From a bacterium (GTDB taxonomy: Bacteria > JAMCPX01), in contig JBBIVV010000004.1 in the NCBI GenBank assembly GCA_037439545.1, positions 14,887 to 78,886 of the forward strand: a stretch of 64,000 nt of DNA. The letters are read 5' to 3'. The notes beneath the pieces are model-generated. The model was given only the letters and a program-made list of their open reading frames with translations, searched no databases and was not told where the DNA came from. How positions within the stretch are numbered: the stretch's first letter is position 1; each line of letters starts with the position of its first letter. Positions 27,826 through 37,448 of this stretch are shown one piece after another. Both the position numbers and the translations under genes were made by a program.

Positions 27826-28212
27826 TAGAGAAATGAGTTGTCCCACAGCGTAGCCACGAGCCTGCGTATGGCATCAAAAACAATCCTGAACTGAAACATA
27901 AAATCGGAAGGAAACCTTTTTAGATTCCTTTTGACCGCCTGATTTAATATTCGGCACCTGTGCATTTGATTTCATGAAACCTCCGGTACATCAACCTAAC
28001 AACTCTATATCTATATATATCGTATTGTGTCAATAAAGCCTTGAGCTTCCGGTAATCGAGGTCGCATTACAGCAAATGTTGATTGTGTTTTTAAAGCACT
28101 AAAAGTTTATTATATGGGTCAGATTATCATGCGTGATAATCCGAAGCGAATTGAAAATGAAGTTTCAAAAAAGCTTTAAGTGAAATAACACTCATGATAT
28201 AATGTTGAATAT

Positions 28213-29019
28213 ATGAGCACAACAACCCCTTCCTGCAGAATACCGCTGTGGCACGTGGTCGTACGGGGCCTGAAAGGCCTGTACATGTTTCTCATGTTTA
28301 TCGTGTTCGGCGGTGCAATACTCTTCGGTCATTTGTTCACGCCGTTCCTGCTTTTTCGCGACAGGCTCGCCGGACATGACCGGCAGTATAACCAGAGGTT
28401 CTACAGGGGGTTTGTTGTGTTATGGCTCTGGTTCATGGAAAAGGGAAGACTGCTGAAGGCCCTCCCCTATAAAGGTGAAATCATGGACGGGCCATGTGTG
28501 GTGATAGCAAATCACCCGGGCCTCTTCGATATTCTCATTTTGATCCGCGATGTTCCGAAGATGTCACTCATTGCAAAACAGTCCCTCAGGACAGGCCTCG
28601 GAATGGGTCATCTGTTCAGACTTGCAGGGTGGGTCTTTGCCTCAGGCAAATCGGATACTTCTATGGTACTTGATACCTCGAACAAGGCGCTGGAACAATT
28701 GAGGGACGGCTATAAGTTTATGCTTTTCCCGGAAGGCACACGGTCTCCCAAGGGTGGACTACACCGCTTCAAGGCCGGTGCTTTCAAGCTCGCACGGGCC
28801 GGACACGTGCCTGTCCAGCCTGTATTGATCTGGAACACGCCGCCGTTCCTGCCGCATGAAGATCACTGGTACTATCCGCCCTATGAAACATCGATCGTCC
28901 GGCTCGAGTTTTTGAAACCACTTCCCCTGCCCGGGGAAAAGGAGGAACGAAGAATAGCTATAGAGACGGAAAACCTGTTCCGCACCGCACTGGGCATGAA
29001 TCGTACGGCTGAAGCGTAG
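28213..29019 (+). CDS. 1-acyl-sn-glycerol-3-phosphate acyltransferase family (PlsC/LPLAT)
   Basis: N-terminal TM, HX4D motif (ANHPGLFD), FPEGTRS motif. Preceded by a 387-bp AT-rich non-coding gap with a TATAAT ~10 nt upstream. Confidence 0.8.
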   Translation: MSTTTPSCRIPLWHVVVRGLKGLYMFLMFIVFGGAILFGHLFTPFLLFRDRLAGHDRQYNQRFYRGFVVLWLWFMEKGRLLKALPYKGEIMDGPCVVIANHPGLFDILILIRDVPKMSLIAKQSLRTGLGMGHLFRLAGWVFASGKSDTSMVLDTSNKALEQLRDGYKFMLFPEGTRSPKGGLHRFKAGAFKLARAGHVPVQPVLIWNTPPFLPHEDHWYYPPYETSIVRLEFLKPLPLPGEKEERRIAIETENLFRTALGMNRTAEA

Positions 29020-29115
29020 AGGAATAAGCGTTGCGGAAATTGCGTTATAAGCATTGACATAAAAACATTTATTATCTAAAAATCTAAGAAAGACTAATGC
29101 AAAAGGAAGAAGAAA

Positions 29116-30348
29116 ATGTCTGAAGGACGAAGGGTTGTAGTTACCGGCATCGGGTTCCGCTCTCCCATAGGAAACACGTTGAAAGCCATGAAGGAATCTC
29201 TGCAAAGCGGACGCGGCGGCATCAGAGTAATGCCGGAATGGAACAATGTCGATCATCTGCGCACCAGAGTTGCGGGTGTGTGCGGTGACGTTGACGATAA
29301 AGTGATCCCGCGCAACTACAGGCGGAGCATGGGCAGGGTTTCTGTCCTTGCCGCCATAGCAGCCTTGGAAGCGATTGCCGACTCGGGCATCAGCGAGCAA
29401 GAGATCGGTTCGCCTCTATGCGGGGTCTCATTCGGATCGACTGCCGGCAGTTCCGAATCCATGGAAGGCTTCGTTAAGGACGTTTTTACCAGTCGAAGCC
29501 TCAAGGGATTGCAATCATCCGTATACCTGCAGTTCATGAGTCATACCTGTGCTGCAAATCTCGCAATGATGTTTCATACCAAAGGGCCTGTCGTTGCCTC
29601 GTGCACGGCATGCGTGTCCGGGTCGCAGGGAGTGGGCTTCGGATACGAGGCGATAAAAGCAGGCCGTGCCGATATAATGCTTGCAGGCGGTGCAGAGGAA
29701 ATGCACTTTATGGATGCGGGGATTTTCGATATTATGAGAGCAACTTCGACGAAATATAATGATCGCCCTGACTCCACGCCCCGTCCCTTTGATGTCGACC
29801 GGGACGGACTGGTGGTCGGAGAGGGAGCAGGATGTCTTGTTCTCGAGGAATATGATCACGCGAGATTCAGGGGAGCACGCATCTACAGTGAAGTCGTCGG
29901 TTACGGGACGAACTGCGACGGCTCTCATCTGACAAATCCGAGCGCCGAGGGAATGGCGGGAGCCATGAAGATCGCATTGAAAGATGCGGGCATGTCTGCG
30001 TCTGACATTGGTCATGTCAACGCACACGCCACGGCAACATCTGCCGGAGATACGGCTGAGGCAGCCGCCACCCACGAGATATTCGGGACATCGGTGCAGG
30101 TTAGCGCGCTCAAAGGTTTCACCGGACATACGCTCGGGGCATGCGGGGCGATTGAATCCATAGAAACCATTTTGATGATCAATGAGCATTTTATAGCTGC
30201 GTCAAAAAATCTTGAAACCCCTGATCCTGCACTGCCTCCACTGAACCATGTGATAGGTGGTGCACGGGACTTTTCCTTCGATATAGGGATGAACAATAAT
30301 TTTGCATTCGGAGGGATTAACACATCCCTTATATTCCGCAGGGTATGA
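29116..30348 (+). CDS. Beta-ketoacyl-ACP synthase (FabF/FabB-like)
   Basis: 410 aa with CTACVSGSQG, HATATSAGD, GHTLGACG. Confidence 0.9.
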   Translation: MSEGRRVVVTGIGFRSPIGNTLKAMKESLQSGRGGIRVMPEWNNVDHLRTRVAGVCGDVDDKVIPRNYRRSMGRVSVLAAIAALEAIADSGISEQEIGSPLCGVSFGSTAGSSESMEGFVKDVFTSRSLKGLQSSVYLQFMSHTCAANLAMMFHTKGPVVASCTACVSGSQGVGFGYEAIKAGRADIMLAGGAEEMHFMDAGIFDIMRATSTKYNDRPDSTPRPFDVDRDGLVVGEGAGCLVLEEYDHARFRGARIYSEVVGYGTNCDGSHLTNPSAEGMAGAMKIALKDAGMSASDIGHVNAHATATSAGDTAEAAATHEIFGTSVQVSALKGFTGHTLGACGAIESIETILMINEHFIAASKNLETPDPALPPLNHVIGGARDFSFDIGMNNNFAFGGINTSLIFRRV

Positions 30349-30367
30349 TAGTGCCGCAGACGGAAAC

Positions 30368-30745
30368 ATGGCGATACTGCACACAATAGCTACCTATGTC
30401 AGTCATACGGCATACGGCCGTGCGGCAGTTGAATCGAAGGCTGATTTGAGTCTTTTCAAAAAGCCGCCTTCTTTCCCCTTTATCCTCGGTCTTATCCTCC
30501 TGGGTTTGAGCTACGTGATCGGATGGCCCGGTGTCGTGGTCAGCGGAATCGCTGCAGCGTATCTGAAAAATCCGTTGATTTTCGTCATTGGAGGACCTGC
30601 GATATATGCCGTCTCTTTTCTGGTATGGGCTGTTTCCATGCTGCTTATGGGGAAAGATAATATCAAGTATGCACGTGCATTTACAAAATACGGGGTGCGG
30701 ATCCTCATCGAAAGGTTTGCTCCGCCGCCCTCACCGGGTAAATAA
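30368..30745 (+). CDS. Small integral membrane protein (3 predicted TM)
   Basis: Hydrophobic ORF starting at the ATG right after the KS stop; the ORF track starts at 30302 within the KS. Confidence 0.4.
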   Translation: MAILHTIATYVSHTAYGRAAVESKADLSLFKKPPSFPFILGLILLGLSYVIGWPGVVVSGIAAAYLKNPLIFVIGGPAIYAVSFLVWAVSMLLMGKDNIKYARAFTKYGVRILIERFAPPPSPGK

Positions 30746-31396
30746 CCCGTCTGTGCGATTCAGTGGTTCTCCTTCGAGAAGTTCCAGAGACAGCGAATAT
30801 CCGGTCCCTGCATAAGACTCCAGGTGCATACGTTTATATAACCCTTCGACGAGCGGAGGAAATAGTGACACCTTGCGCAATATCTTATGATCCGGACCGT
30901 ATTCCCGGATGATTGTTATTCCTGAAGCCCCGGAGTTTTTTTCAAATACATTTCCACTGCTTGTCCATCTGCACATGAGGGAGCCGTCTTCGTGTACCTT
31001 TGCATCCGTGAGGTCCCCCTGGCCGGGAAAAAACATGAACTCAATATCGCTGAACAGTCCGCGGGTAAACTCTCCGGACAAAAATTGCTGCATGGTGCGA
31101 TAGATGGTTATAGACCCTTTATCGCTTACAGCGTCTAAGAGGACCAGTCCTTCGACACTGAGTAAGGTAGCGCGAATTCGGTCACCGGATGCATCGACTA
31201 TGGTCACGCCTATGAAGGAACTGCTCTTTCCCCGAACATCGACGTCGATAATATGGACAGCCCGGAAGATACCCGGAGAGATCGCGGCAAAGCATTTTTT
31301 CTGAAGATAAGGATTGATCACCACTGCGGGCTTCGGGGGCACCGGGATGCTGCATGATAATCCGGTCAAAGCGAAAATCAGAAGAAGAAGCTTCAT
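30731..31396 (-). CDS. Lipoprotein, unknown function
   Basis: Signal peptide plus lipobox (LTGLSCS). Start overlaps the LolA-like stop (ATGA coupling). Confidence 0.5.
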   Translation of the reverse strand: MKLLLLIFALTGLSCSIPVPPKPAVVINPYLQKKCFAAISPGIFRAVHIIDVDVRGKSSSFIGVTIVDASGDRIRATLLSVEGLVLLDAVSDKGSITIYRTMQQFLSGEFTRGLFSDIEFMFFPGQGDLTDAKVHEDGSLMCRWTSSGNVFEKNSGASGITIIREYGPDHKILRKVSLFPPLVEGLYKRMHLESYAGTGYSLSLELLEGEPLNRTDGLFTR

Positions 31397-32010
31397 TTTA
31401 CATCTTCGAACGTTGTGTCCGATATCTTCGCATTTAAAGCTATGTGCGAAAACTCAAGTACGGTGGATGAACCCTGGGGTTCGAGTATTTCAATAGTGGA
31501 AATGACCCCTGATGTGCCGGACAGCGTCAGGGTGATACGCCTGATGAAGTTTTTTAAATAATCCTTGTTCGGAATAAGTATTATCCGCCGTGGTTTCCCG
31601 GGTATCAGTTTCGGAACAAATGCGCTGTTGTCATGGAAATTCCCCCTGAGCCATGAAGCAATCTGCTCCATCACTATACGCGTTGCCTGCAATTGAGGGC
31701 CGGAATCCTTTATAAAATGATCCTTTGTCCAGACATACTGTGTAACCTTGTCCCCATGGACGAGAAGAACGTTTTTAACCGGATATATATACTCCCACCG
31801 GACATCTCCGGGGGCACGAAAGTAAAAACGGCCGTCACTGACCAGCGGTCTTGCGAGGATTTTAAGGTTTTTTTTCTGGGTAAAATGCGCTGAGATAGAG
31901 TGGACACCGGACATGTCCTGCCGGATGCTCTCCCAATTCTCTGTCCATCCCGCCCTTGCAAGGACCGGCATCATAAGTATCATCGCAAAGGTGAGAATGC
32001 TTCGTCTCAT
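31393..32010 (-). CDS. LolA-like outer-membrane lipoprotein carrier family protein
   Basis: Signal peptide MRRSILTFAMILMMPVLARA, then a LolA-like region (SISAHFTQKKNLKILARPLVSDGRFYF). Start chosen at the internal ATG; the ORF track extends to 32214. Confidence 0.55.
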   Translation of the reverse strand: MRRSILTFAMILMMPVLARAGWTENWESIRQDMSGVHSISAHFTQKKNLKILARPLVSDGRFYFRAPGDVRWEYIYPVKNVLLVHGDKVTQYVWTKDHFIKDSGPQLQATRIVMEQIASWLRGNFHDNSAFVPKLIPGKPRRIILIPNKDYLKNFIRRITLTLSGTSGVISTIEILEPQGSSTVLEFSHIALNAKISDTTFEDVK

Positions 32011-32220
32011 ATTTAATCGAAAAAGTTCCTCCATAGGGTTCACATGATCCTTCAAAACACCTTCGTTTTTAAATCCTAAATCCGAACATCCATATCCTAA
32101 ATAAACCAAAAATCTTAGAAGTAAATGACCAAAATAAATTAACAATTTATTTTGGATTTTTGTCGTTTGATATTGTTTAGTGATTAGGATTTTGAGTTTG
32201 GGGTTTGATTGCATAAACTG

Positions 32221-32952
32221 CTATACCATGCCGCCGTTTACCGAGATTACCTGTCCCGTGACATATGATGCATCATCCGAGCACAGGAACCGCACGACCT
32301 TTGCGACTTCCCCTGGGGTGCCGACCCGTTCCATGGGAATGAGCTTGAGTATAATGTCGCGCGGAGCATCTTTGATCATCTCTGTTTCTATCAGCCCCGG
32401 AGCCACAACATTCACCCTGATACCGAGGCGGGCAACTTCCTTGGAAAGGGCCTTGCTTGCACCGATCAATCCGGCCTTGGCTGCGGAATAGTTCGTCTGG
32501 CCGCGGTTCCCGGTTATCCCTGACACAGAGGATATGGTAATAATGGAACAGCCCTTCTTCACACGCAGCATGCTGGTAAGGACCGGCTTTGTCACATTAA
32601 AGAACCCGTCCAGGGATGTCTGGATCACGGATTGCCAGTCTTTCTGGGGCATCATCGCTAAAAGCCCGTCTGAGGAAATACCCGCATTATTGACCAGGAC
32701 ATGGATTGCCTTGTATTTGTTCAGGAGGCCGGCTATGGCAGTTTTGGCTGTCTCGGCATTTCCCACATCGAATTGTATAACCTCTCCCTCACCTCCGGCA
32801 TCGTTCACCAGACGAAGTGTCTCCTGTGCCGCTGCCCCGTTGCTCTTATAATTTATTATTATGGTATACCCTGCACGTGCAAGCTCCACGCACGTTGCAC
32901 GGCCAATTCCCCTGCTCCCGCCGGTAACCAATGCTATTTTTTTGTCTTCCAT
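32221..32952 (-). CDS. fabG: 3-oxoacyl-ACP reductase (SDR)
   Basis: 243 aa with TGGSRGIGRA cofactor motif, NNAG and YxxxK-type SDR catalytic region. Confidence 0.85.
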   Translation of the reverse strand: MEDKKIALVTGGSRGIGRATCVELARAGYTIIINYKSNGAAAQETLRLVNDAGGEGEVIQFDVGNAETAKTAIAGLLNKYKAIHVLVNNAGISSDGLLAMMPQKDWQSVIQTSLDGFFNVTKPVLTSMLRVKKGCSIITISSVSGITGNRGQTNYSAAKAGLIGASKALSKEVARLGIRVNVVAPGLIETEMIKDAPRDIILKLIPMERVGTPGEVAKVVRFLCSDDASYVTGQVISVNGGMV

Positions 32953-33124
32953 GATTCGTAAAAATGTATACTACCATGGGTATAAATGCAAGAGGATGCA
33001 GAGAGACTGGGTCTTTACCGGATGCATTTGGAAAAGAGGTGATTTTGCCCTATTACTTATCATCTCACACGTATTTGGCAGGGATTGCGTTAATCACCAT
33101 CGTGATGTATACTCTAAAACCGTG

Positions 33125-34174
33125 ATGAGATATTTATATCTTTTGGCAATTCCGGTATTTCTTTTGACCGGGTTATTCTCGGCGGGATGCTCGAACAGCA
33201 GTTCGATGTCCGGACGGACCCAGGGTGTTTATGCTGAATTTGGAAATTTCAATGATTTTTCTTCCGCAATCCCCCTCTTAAAGCAAACCGGTACGCAGCT
33301 CCTGCTTGCGGTTTATCCTTCTGATATCGGTTCTTCACAGCTTCTGAGCATTCTCAACGAGGCATCCGCAAACGGAGTTCAGGTACGTTTGTGGCCAATG
33401 CTTGATCAGAGCAACGGGGTTTGGCCTGATGAGGATAACGTAGACCTGTTTTCCCAGGAGATAAACAGTCTCGTTTCGTGGCTCGGCGACAACAGGGTAA
33501 CCCCGGGATGGCTCATCTTCGATATGGAACCTCCGTATGCCCTGACCATGAGTATGACAACTGCCGCACAGTCCGGCGGCGTATCATCCGTGATCAGCCT
33601 GCTGTTAAGTTATATAAGTCCTTCGGCATACAGCTATGCGTTTCAGCATTTCAGCGACGTAGTCCAGTCCGCGCATCAAAAGGGCTGGAAGGTTGAATGT
33701 GTCACCTACCCGCTGGTCCTCGACGACCTCGCTGCCGGTAAACAGAATATACAGATGCTGTTCCATATTCCTGTAACCGGCCTGCCGTGGGATCAGGTTT
33801 CCTTCATGGTATATCAGAGCTCTTTTAAAGCCCTCCTCGGTAAATATTATGGGCCGGCGATCGTTGCGAGTTATAGTAAGGATGCGTACAAGTTTTACGA
33901 AAACAATGCGGTTGTAGCATTGGGTGTAATAGGGACTGATCCCATCAGCGGCGCACAGGGCTATACTGATACCACAGGTCTCTTTAACGACATCGCAGCA
34001 GCACTCGGGAAAGGTATCGTGCATGTCGAGATTTATTCACTCGGAGAGATTCTTGCCCAACCGTCGCCCCGGACATGGCTTGAGACATCGGGCATAAAGC
34101 CTTCGGAACCCGCGCTCAGCTCCGATGTTCAGTCAATAAGAACTCTCATACAGAACCTTGATAGAGGCTTGTAG
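33125..34174 (+). CDS. Lipoprotein, unknown function (possibly TIM-barrel hydrolase-like)
   Basis: Start at internal ATG giving signal peptide plus lipobox (LFSAGCS). The ORF track (32861) would overlap fabG. Confidence 0.45.
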   Translation: MRYLYLLAIPVFLLTGLFSAGCSNSSSMSGRTQGVYAEFGNFNDFSSAIPLLKQTGTQLLLAVYPSDIGSSQLLSILNEASANGVQVRLWPMLDQSNGVWPDEDNVDLFSQEINSLVSWLGDNRVTPGWLIFDMEPPYALTMSMTTAAQSGGVSSVISLLLSYISPSAYSYAFQHFSDVVQSAHQKGWKVECVTYPLVLDDLAAGKQNIQMLFHIPVTGLPWDQVSFMVYQSSFKALLGKYYGPAIVASYSKDAYKFYENNAVVALGVIGTDPISGAQGYTDTTGLFNDIAAALGKGIVHVEIYSLGEILAQPSPRTWLETSGIKPSEPALSSDVQSIRTLIQNLDRGL

Positions 34175-34249
34175 AAAAAACCGGGCGTTGAAAAATTGCC
34201 GGGATTGCAGCGAGCATGTGTTCTCGGGCACTGCGGAAATTTTCTCCGG

Positions 34250-35110
34250 TCAGTCTTCTAAAGGAAGTACAGGACTTATTGATTGTCTGTAGGTTCGCAG
34301 GACTTGATGTGACGGCAGCTCTGTTTTTTTTACAGGCAGTTCTTCGGAGATACTCACGTTGCCCGGTTTATTTTTTGTCACCATCTCGATCAATCTTGCC
34401 AGAGACGCCCTGGCACTGTCATACGGTACAGGTCGATTTATAATGTTTTTGTTGAACTGCAGTATTATCTCGTTGAGCAATTGCTGCAAAACAGCAGGGG
34501 AATAATTTTCAGGCAAAGACGGAGACCGACCCGCTCTGACAGTACTCATCTTGCCTGTAGTTATCATGACCGGATTCAAAGCACCCTGCTTGATGTTTTG
34601 CAGATTGACACTGCCGTTTATGACATATACCGCTGTTTTCTGACCGTCGGATGCATCGATTACGAAATCAGTACCTCTGATTCCTATTATTGCCGTGACC
34701 GTGTGTATGTCATAGGTGTTCAGTATATTTGATATCTTTGATATAAGAAATCTTGCCTTGCCCCTGACCATAGACAGCAGAACACTCCGTTTGGAGGGAG
34801 TTGAAACATAGCGATCTATATTGATACGGGCATTCGGTCCTATACTTATGACCGAGTTATCTACAAAAAGTATCCTCATTTTCCCGGTGTTGCCGGTTGT
34901 GATTGCATCGTCTCCGTAGACCGGGGCGCCTGTTTCAGGCTCAACAGATGCGCCTTGTCTTACTATAGAGGCATTGCCGGCTATTGCCGCGATATTGCCT
35001 GCGGGTACAGGTTGTGCGAAAGCGCGTACAGGAATAACGACTGATAAGAATAACGTGCCGAGTATACTTGCCATAGATGATGTCATCTTCATACTCATGC
35101 CCGTAATCAT
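34250..35110 (-). CDS. Secreted FecR-domain protein
   Basis: Signal peptide and FecR-like beta-rich domain; called by eye. Confidence 0.45.
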   Translation of the reverse strand: MITGMSMKMTSSMASILGTLFLSVVIPVRAFAQPVPAGNIAAIAGNASIVRQGASVEPETGAPVYGDDAITTGNTGKMRILFVDNSVISIGPNARINIDRYVSTPSKRSVLLSMVRGKARFLISKISNILNTYDIHTVTAIIGIRGTDFVIDASDGQKTAVYVINGSVNLQNIKQGALNPVMITTGKMSTVRAGRSPSLPENYSPAVLQQLLNEIILQFNKNIINRPVPYDSARASLARLIEMVTKNKPGNVSISEELPVKKTELPSHQVLRTYRQSISPVLPLED

Positions 35111-35230
35111 ATCCTGCCGGTTTTATGCTGTCAACAGGACGGGAGTTTCTGCGTGACCCCTCTGTCCCTTTTTTCCAATAATAGTTCAGAAACATCTGGT
35201 ATTTTTATGGGTTAATGCTATTACTATTAC

Positions 35231-35641
35231 ATGACCGAACAGGAGCTGTGGAAAAATATTGTGCATGATCCTTCTGACGAGAAGCAACATCAGGCATATG
35301 CAAATGCCTGTGTGGATCACGACCTCGAGAAAGAGGCTTTACAGCGTTACAAACAGATGCAGAACGCCTATCCGGCAATATCGGCTAAATTCACAAAACA
35401 ATTGACTACAGCAGTCGAGTTTAAACTGATGCCCGCATCTCCTGAGGCAGACATAAGCCAGGGCAACAGTCTTTTGGGACGCTTGAAAGGGTTTGTACAT
35501 TCTATCTTGCTGACAGGCGTATCTTCTTTGGCATACGGAATAATTAAAAAATCGCTCTTAGAAATATTGATAGGCGTGGTTTTAATTGCGGCATATATGA
35601 GTTACATGGTAAACAAGCAAAACCGGATAAACAGAAATTAG
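35231..35641 (+). CDS. Hypothetical protein with C-terminal TM helix
   Basis: 136-aa ORF; no family recognised. Confidence 0.35.
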   Translation: MTEQELWKNIVHDPSDEKQHQAYANACVDHDLEKEALQRYKQMQNAYPAISAKFTKQLTTAVEFKLMPASPEADISQGNSLLGRLKGFVHSILLTGVSSLAYGIIKKSLLEILIGVVLIAAYMSYMVNKQNRINRN

Positions 35642-35645
35642 CATG

Positions 35646-36317
35646 TTACGCCGCCGTTCCTATCAGTATCCATGACACATGGTGATGAGGTTCACCGGTT
35701 GAGCGCGGTTCGGTGTATTTCTGTTCGAAAAGCTCTTTAATCGCGAGGAACCCGAAGTCCTTCCTTAGCTCCTCCTGTGTACAGAAATGAAGGTATTTTT
35801 CGTCCTTAAAAGAGTTTTCTTCTCCGTCAACCCGAACGCCTTTGCCGTAGTGCTCGGGGTCGTTCGTGGAGAGCGCGGCAAGAAACAGCAGTCCTCCCGG
35901 CGCTACTATTTTCTTAACCCTGTCTCTGAATACTTTCCTTTCATGCAGATCCAGGATCTGGTATACATTTGAAGCAAAAACAATATCATATTTGTCTCCG
36001 CCCAATGATTTAAAATCAATGGATTGGAATCCGATATTCTGCCTTCCGGTTTTTATGACCGTGTTCATTGCAATCTCTATTGCCTTTTCAGAGAGATCTA
36101 TTCCGAGAACAGTACATTTAAGATTGTCTGAAAGATAAAATGCGTCCCTGCCATACCCGCACCCGATGTCCAGTACGGTATGACTTACCCTGTGCAACTT
36201 GCTTTTTTTAAGATATCTTACAGCCGCTCCTGCAAGCTCCCCGGGGTTCTCTCCCCATATCCGGCCCGATTTTTCGTAAACCTTATTCCACGACATCACG
36301 CTCTCCTTCATGCTCAC
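35646..36317 (-). CDS. Class I SAM-dependent methyltransferase
   Basis: Motif I VLDIGCGYGRDA; 223 aa. Confidence 0.7.
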   Translation of the reverse strand: MSMKESVMSWNKVYEKSGRIWGENPGELAGAAVRYLKKSKLHRVSHTVLDIGCGYGRDAFYLSDNLKCTVLGIDLSEKAIEIAMNTVIKTGRQNIGFQSIDFKSLGGDKYDIVFASNVYQILDLHERKVFRDRVKKIVAPGGLLFLAALSTNDPEHYGKGVRVDGEENSFKDEKYLHFCTQEELRKDFGFLAIKELFEQKYTEPRSTGEPHHHVSWILIGTAA

Positions 36318-36502
36318 TGGTATATGTTATCCAATATAAATATTGATTTATTCCATTATTCCAGTGTACCATACCGACGAAAGGAGGACAATACATATCC
36401 GGTCAAAACCGGTATAGTTGCATCTCCAAATCCCGTAATCAGGGACCGGGGGATGTCTTTGTCGGTTTTCCTGCTTTCTCGATCTCTTTATAAACAGTCA
36501 CA

Positions 36503-37081
36503 TTGTATTATGGAAAAATAATGGAACTATTCAAGCAATTGTATTACTGGTTTGATCTTGCAATAGGGTTTGGAACACCGGCCGTACTTTTTGCTTTCTA
36601 CCGGAAAAGCAAAATTAGCCGCTACATCTGGGTACTTTTCTGGATCGGTGTGTGTCTGGGCATAACATGGGAAGTCCCGATCTTTCTCATGAGTACACTG
36701 TCCCGCACGCCTCTCATCACATGGATCCGCCCCTTCCCGGTACACTATCTTTGGTTCCTGATATCTCACCTCTTCTGGGACGGCGGTTTGTTCCTCCCGG
36801 GTGTCGTGTTCGTGTACGCTCTGCGCCATGCACATTATTTTTCAAAGTTCAATTTCGGCGAAATGATAGTGCTGCTGGTTTATGGACAGGTATCGGAACT
36901 GCTGGTTGAGATATCGAGCACCATGAACGACGGCTGGGTATATATTGACCGTTATTGGTGGAACCCTGTGCTGTTCAACTGCAACCATCATCCGATTACC
37001 CTGCTGCCGCAGCTTATATGGCTTATAGCGCCGGCGATATTTTACGTTATCGCCCTTCGTCTGAAGCAGGTGAGTGTCTGA
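36503..37081 (+). CDS. Integral membrane protein, unknown function
   Basis: 192 aa with multiple hydrophobic segments. Confidence 0.4.
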   Translation: MYYGKIMELFKQLYYWFDLAIGFGTPAVLFAFYRKSKISRYIWVLFWIGVCLGITWEVPIFLMSTLSRTPLITWIRPFPVHYLWFLISHLFWDGGLFLPGVVFVYALRHAHYFSKFNFGEMIVLLVYGQVSELLVEISSTMNDGWVYIDRYWWNPVLFNCNHHPITLLPQLIWLIAPAIFYVIALRLKQVSV

Positions 37082-37232
37082 GCATAATTCAGACGTGGAA
37101 TAGGCTCGGTATTTTAAATTAATACTTATCTGTAGACATAAAACACCGCGTACAGCTTTATACCAATTCCTCTGTTTTTACGAAACATAATCTGTATATT
37201 GAACTGGGGAGAATGAAATGCGGAATGAATTA

Positions 37233-37448
37233 TCAGGCACTTTCCCATTGCAATAACAGTTTTTTATGTGAAGCAGCACAATCACGCAAGTAGAAGTTAA
37301 TGAGCGTTTGGTACGGAATGCCTGAATTTTGAGCAAGTTCTTTGAAATATTTTATCGTCATATCATCCATACGAATGGTGACTTGGCGTTTGAGCCTGCT
37401 TGCATATGGGTTTTTTTGTGCCTTTGAAAAATTGTATTCTTTTCTCAT
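37233..37448 (-). CDS. brnA: BrnA-family type II antitoxin (RHH)
   Basis: MRKEYNFSKAQKNPYASRLKRQVTIRMDDMTIKYFKELAQNSGIPYQTLINFYLRD matches the BrnA family. ATG start preceded by GGAGGAGGTGGG. Confidence 0.7.
   Translation of the reverse strand: MRKEYNFSKAQKNPYASRLKRQVTIRMDDMTIKYFKELAQNSGIPYQTLINFYLRDCAASHKKLLLQWESA

Noticed and set aside
29515-30189. 224-aa minus-strand Cys-rich ORF inside KS gene 29116-30348
   Set aside because: Antisense to a KS with an intact Cys-His-His triad; Cys richness comes from the reverse reading of GC-rich codons.
9166-32952. Housekeeping fab (fatty-acid synthesis) operon as an explanation for the KS/ACP/FabG genes
   Set aside because: No fabH, fabD, fabZ/fabA, fabI or acc genes are present. 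Radical SAM enzymes, an MIO lyase, a desaturase, a PPTase and export lipoproteins are not part of fab operons.
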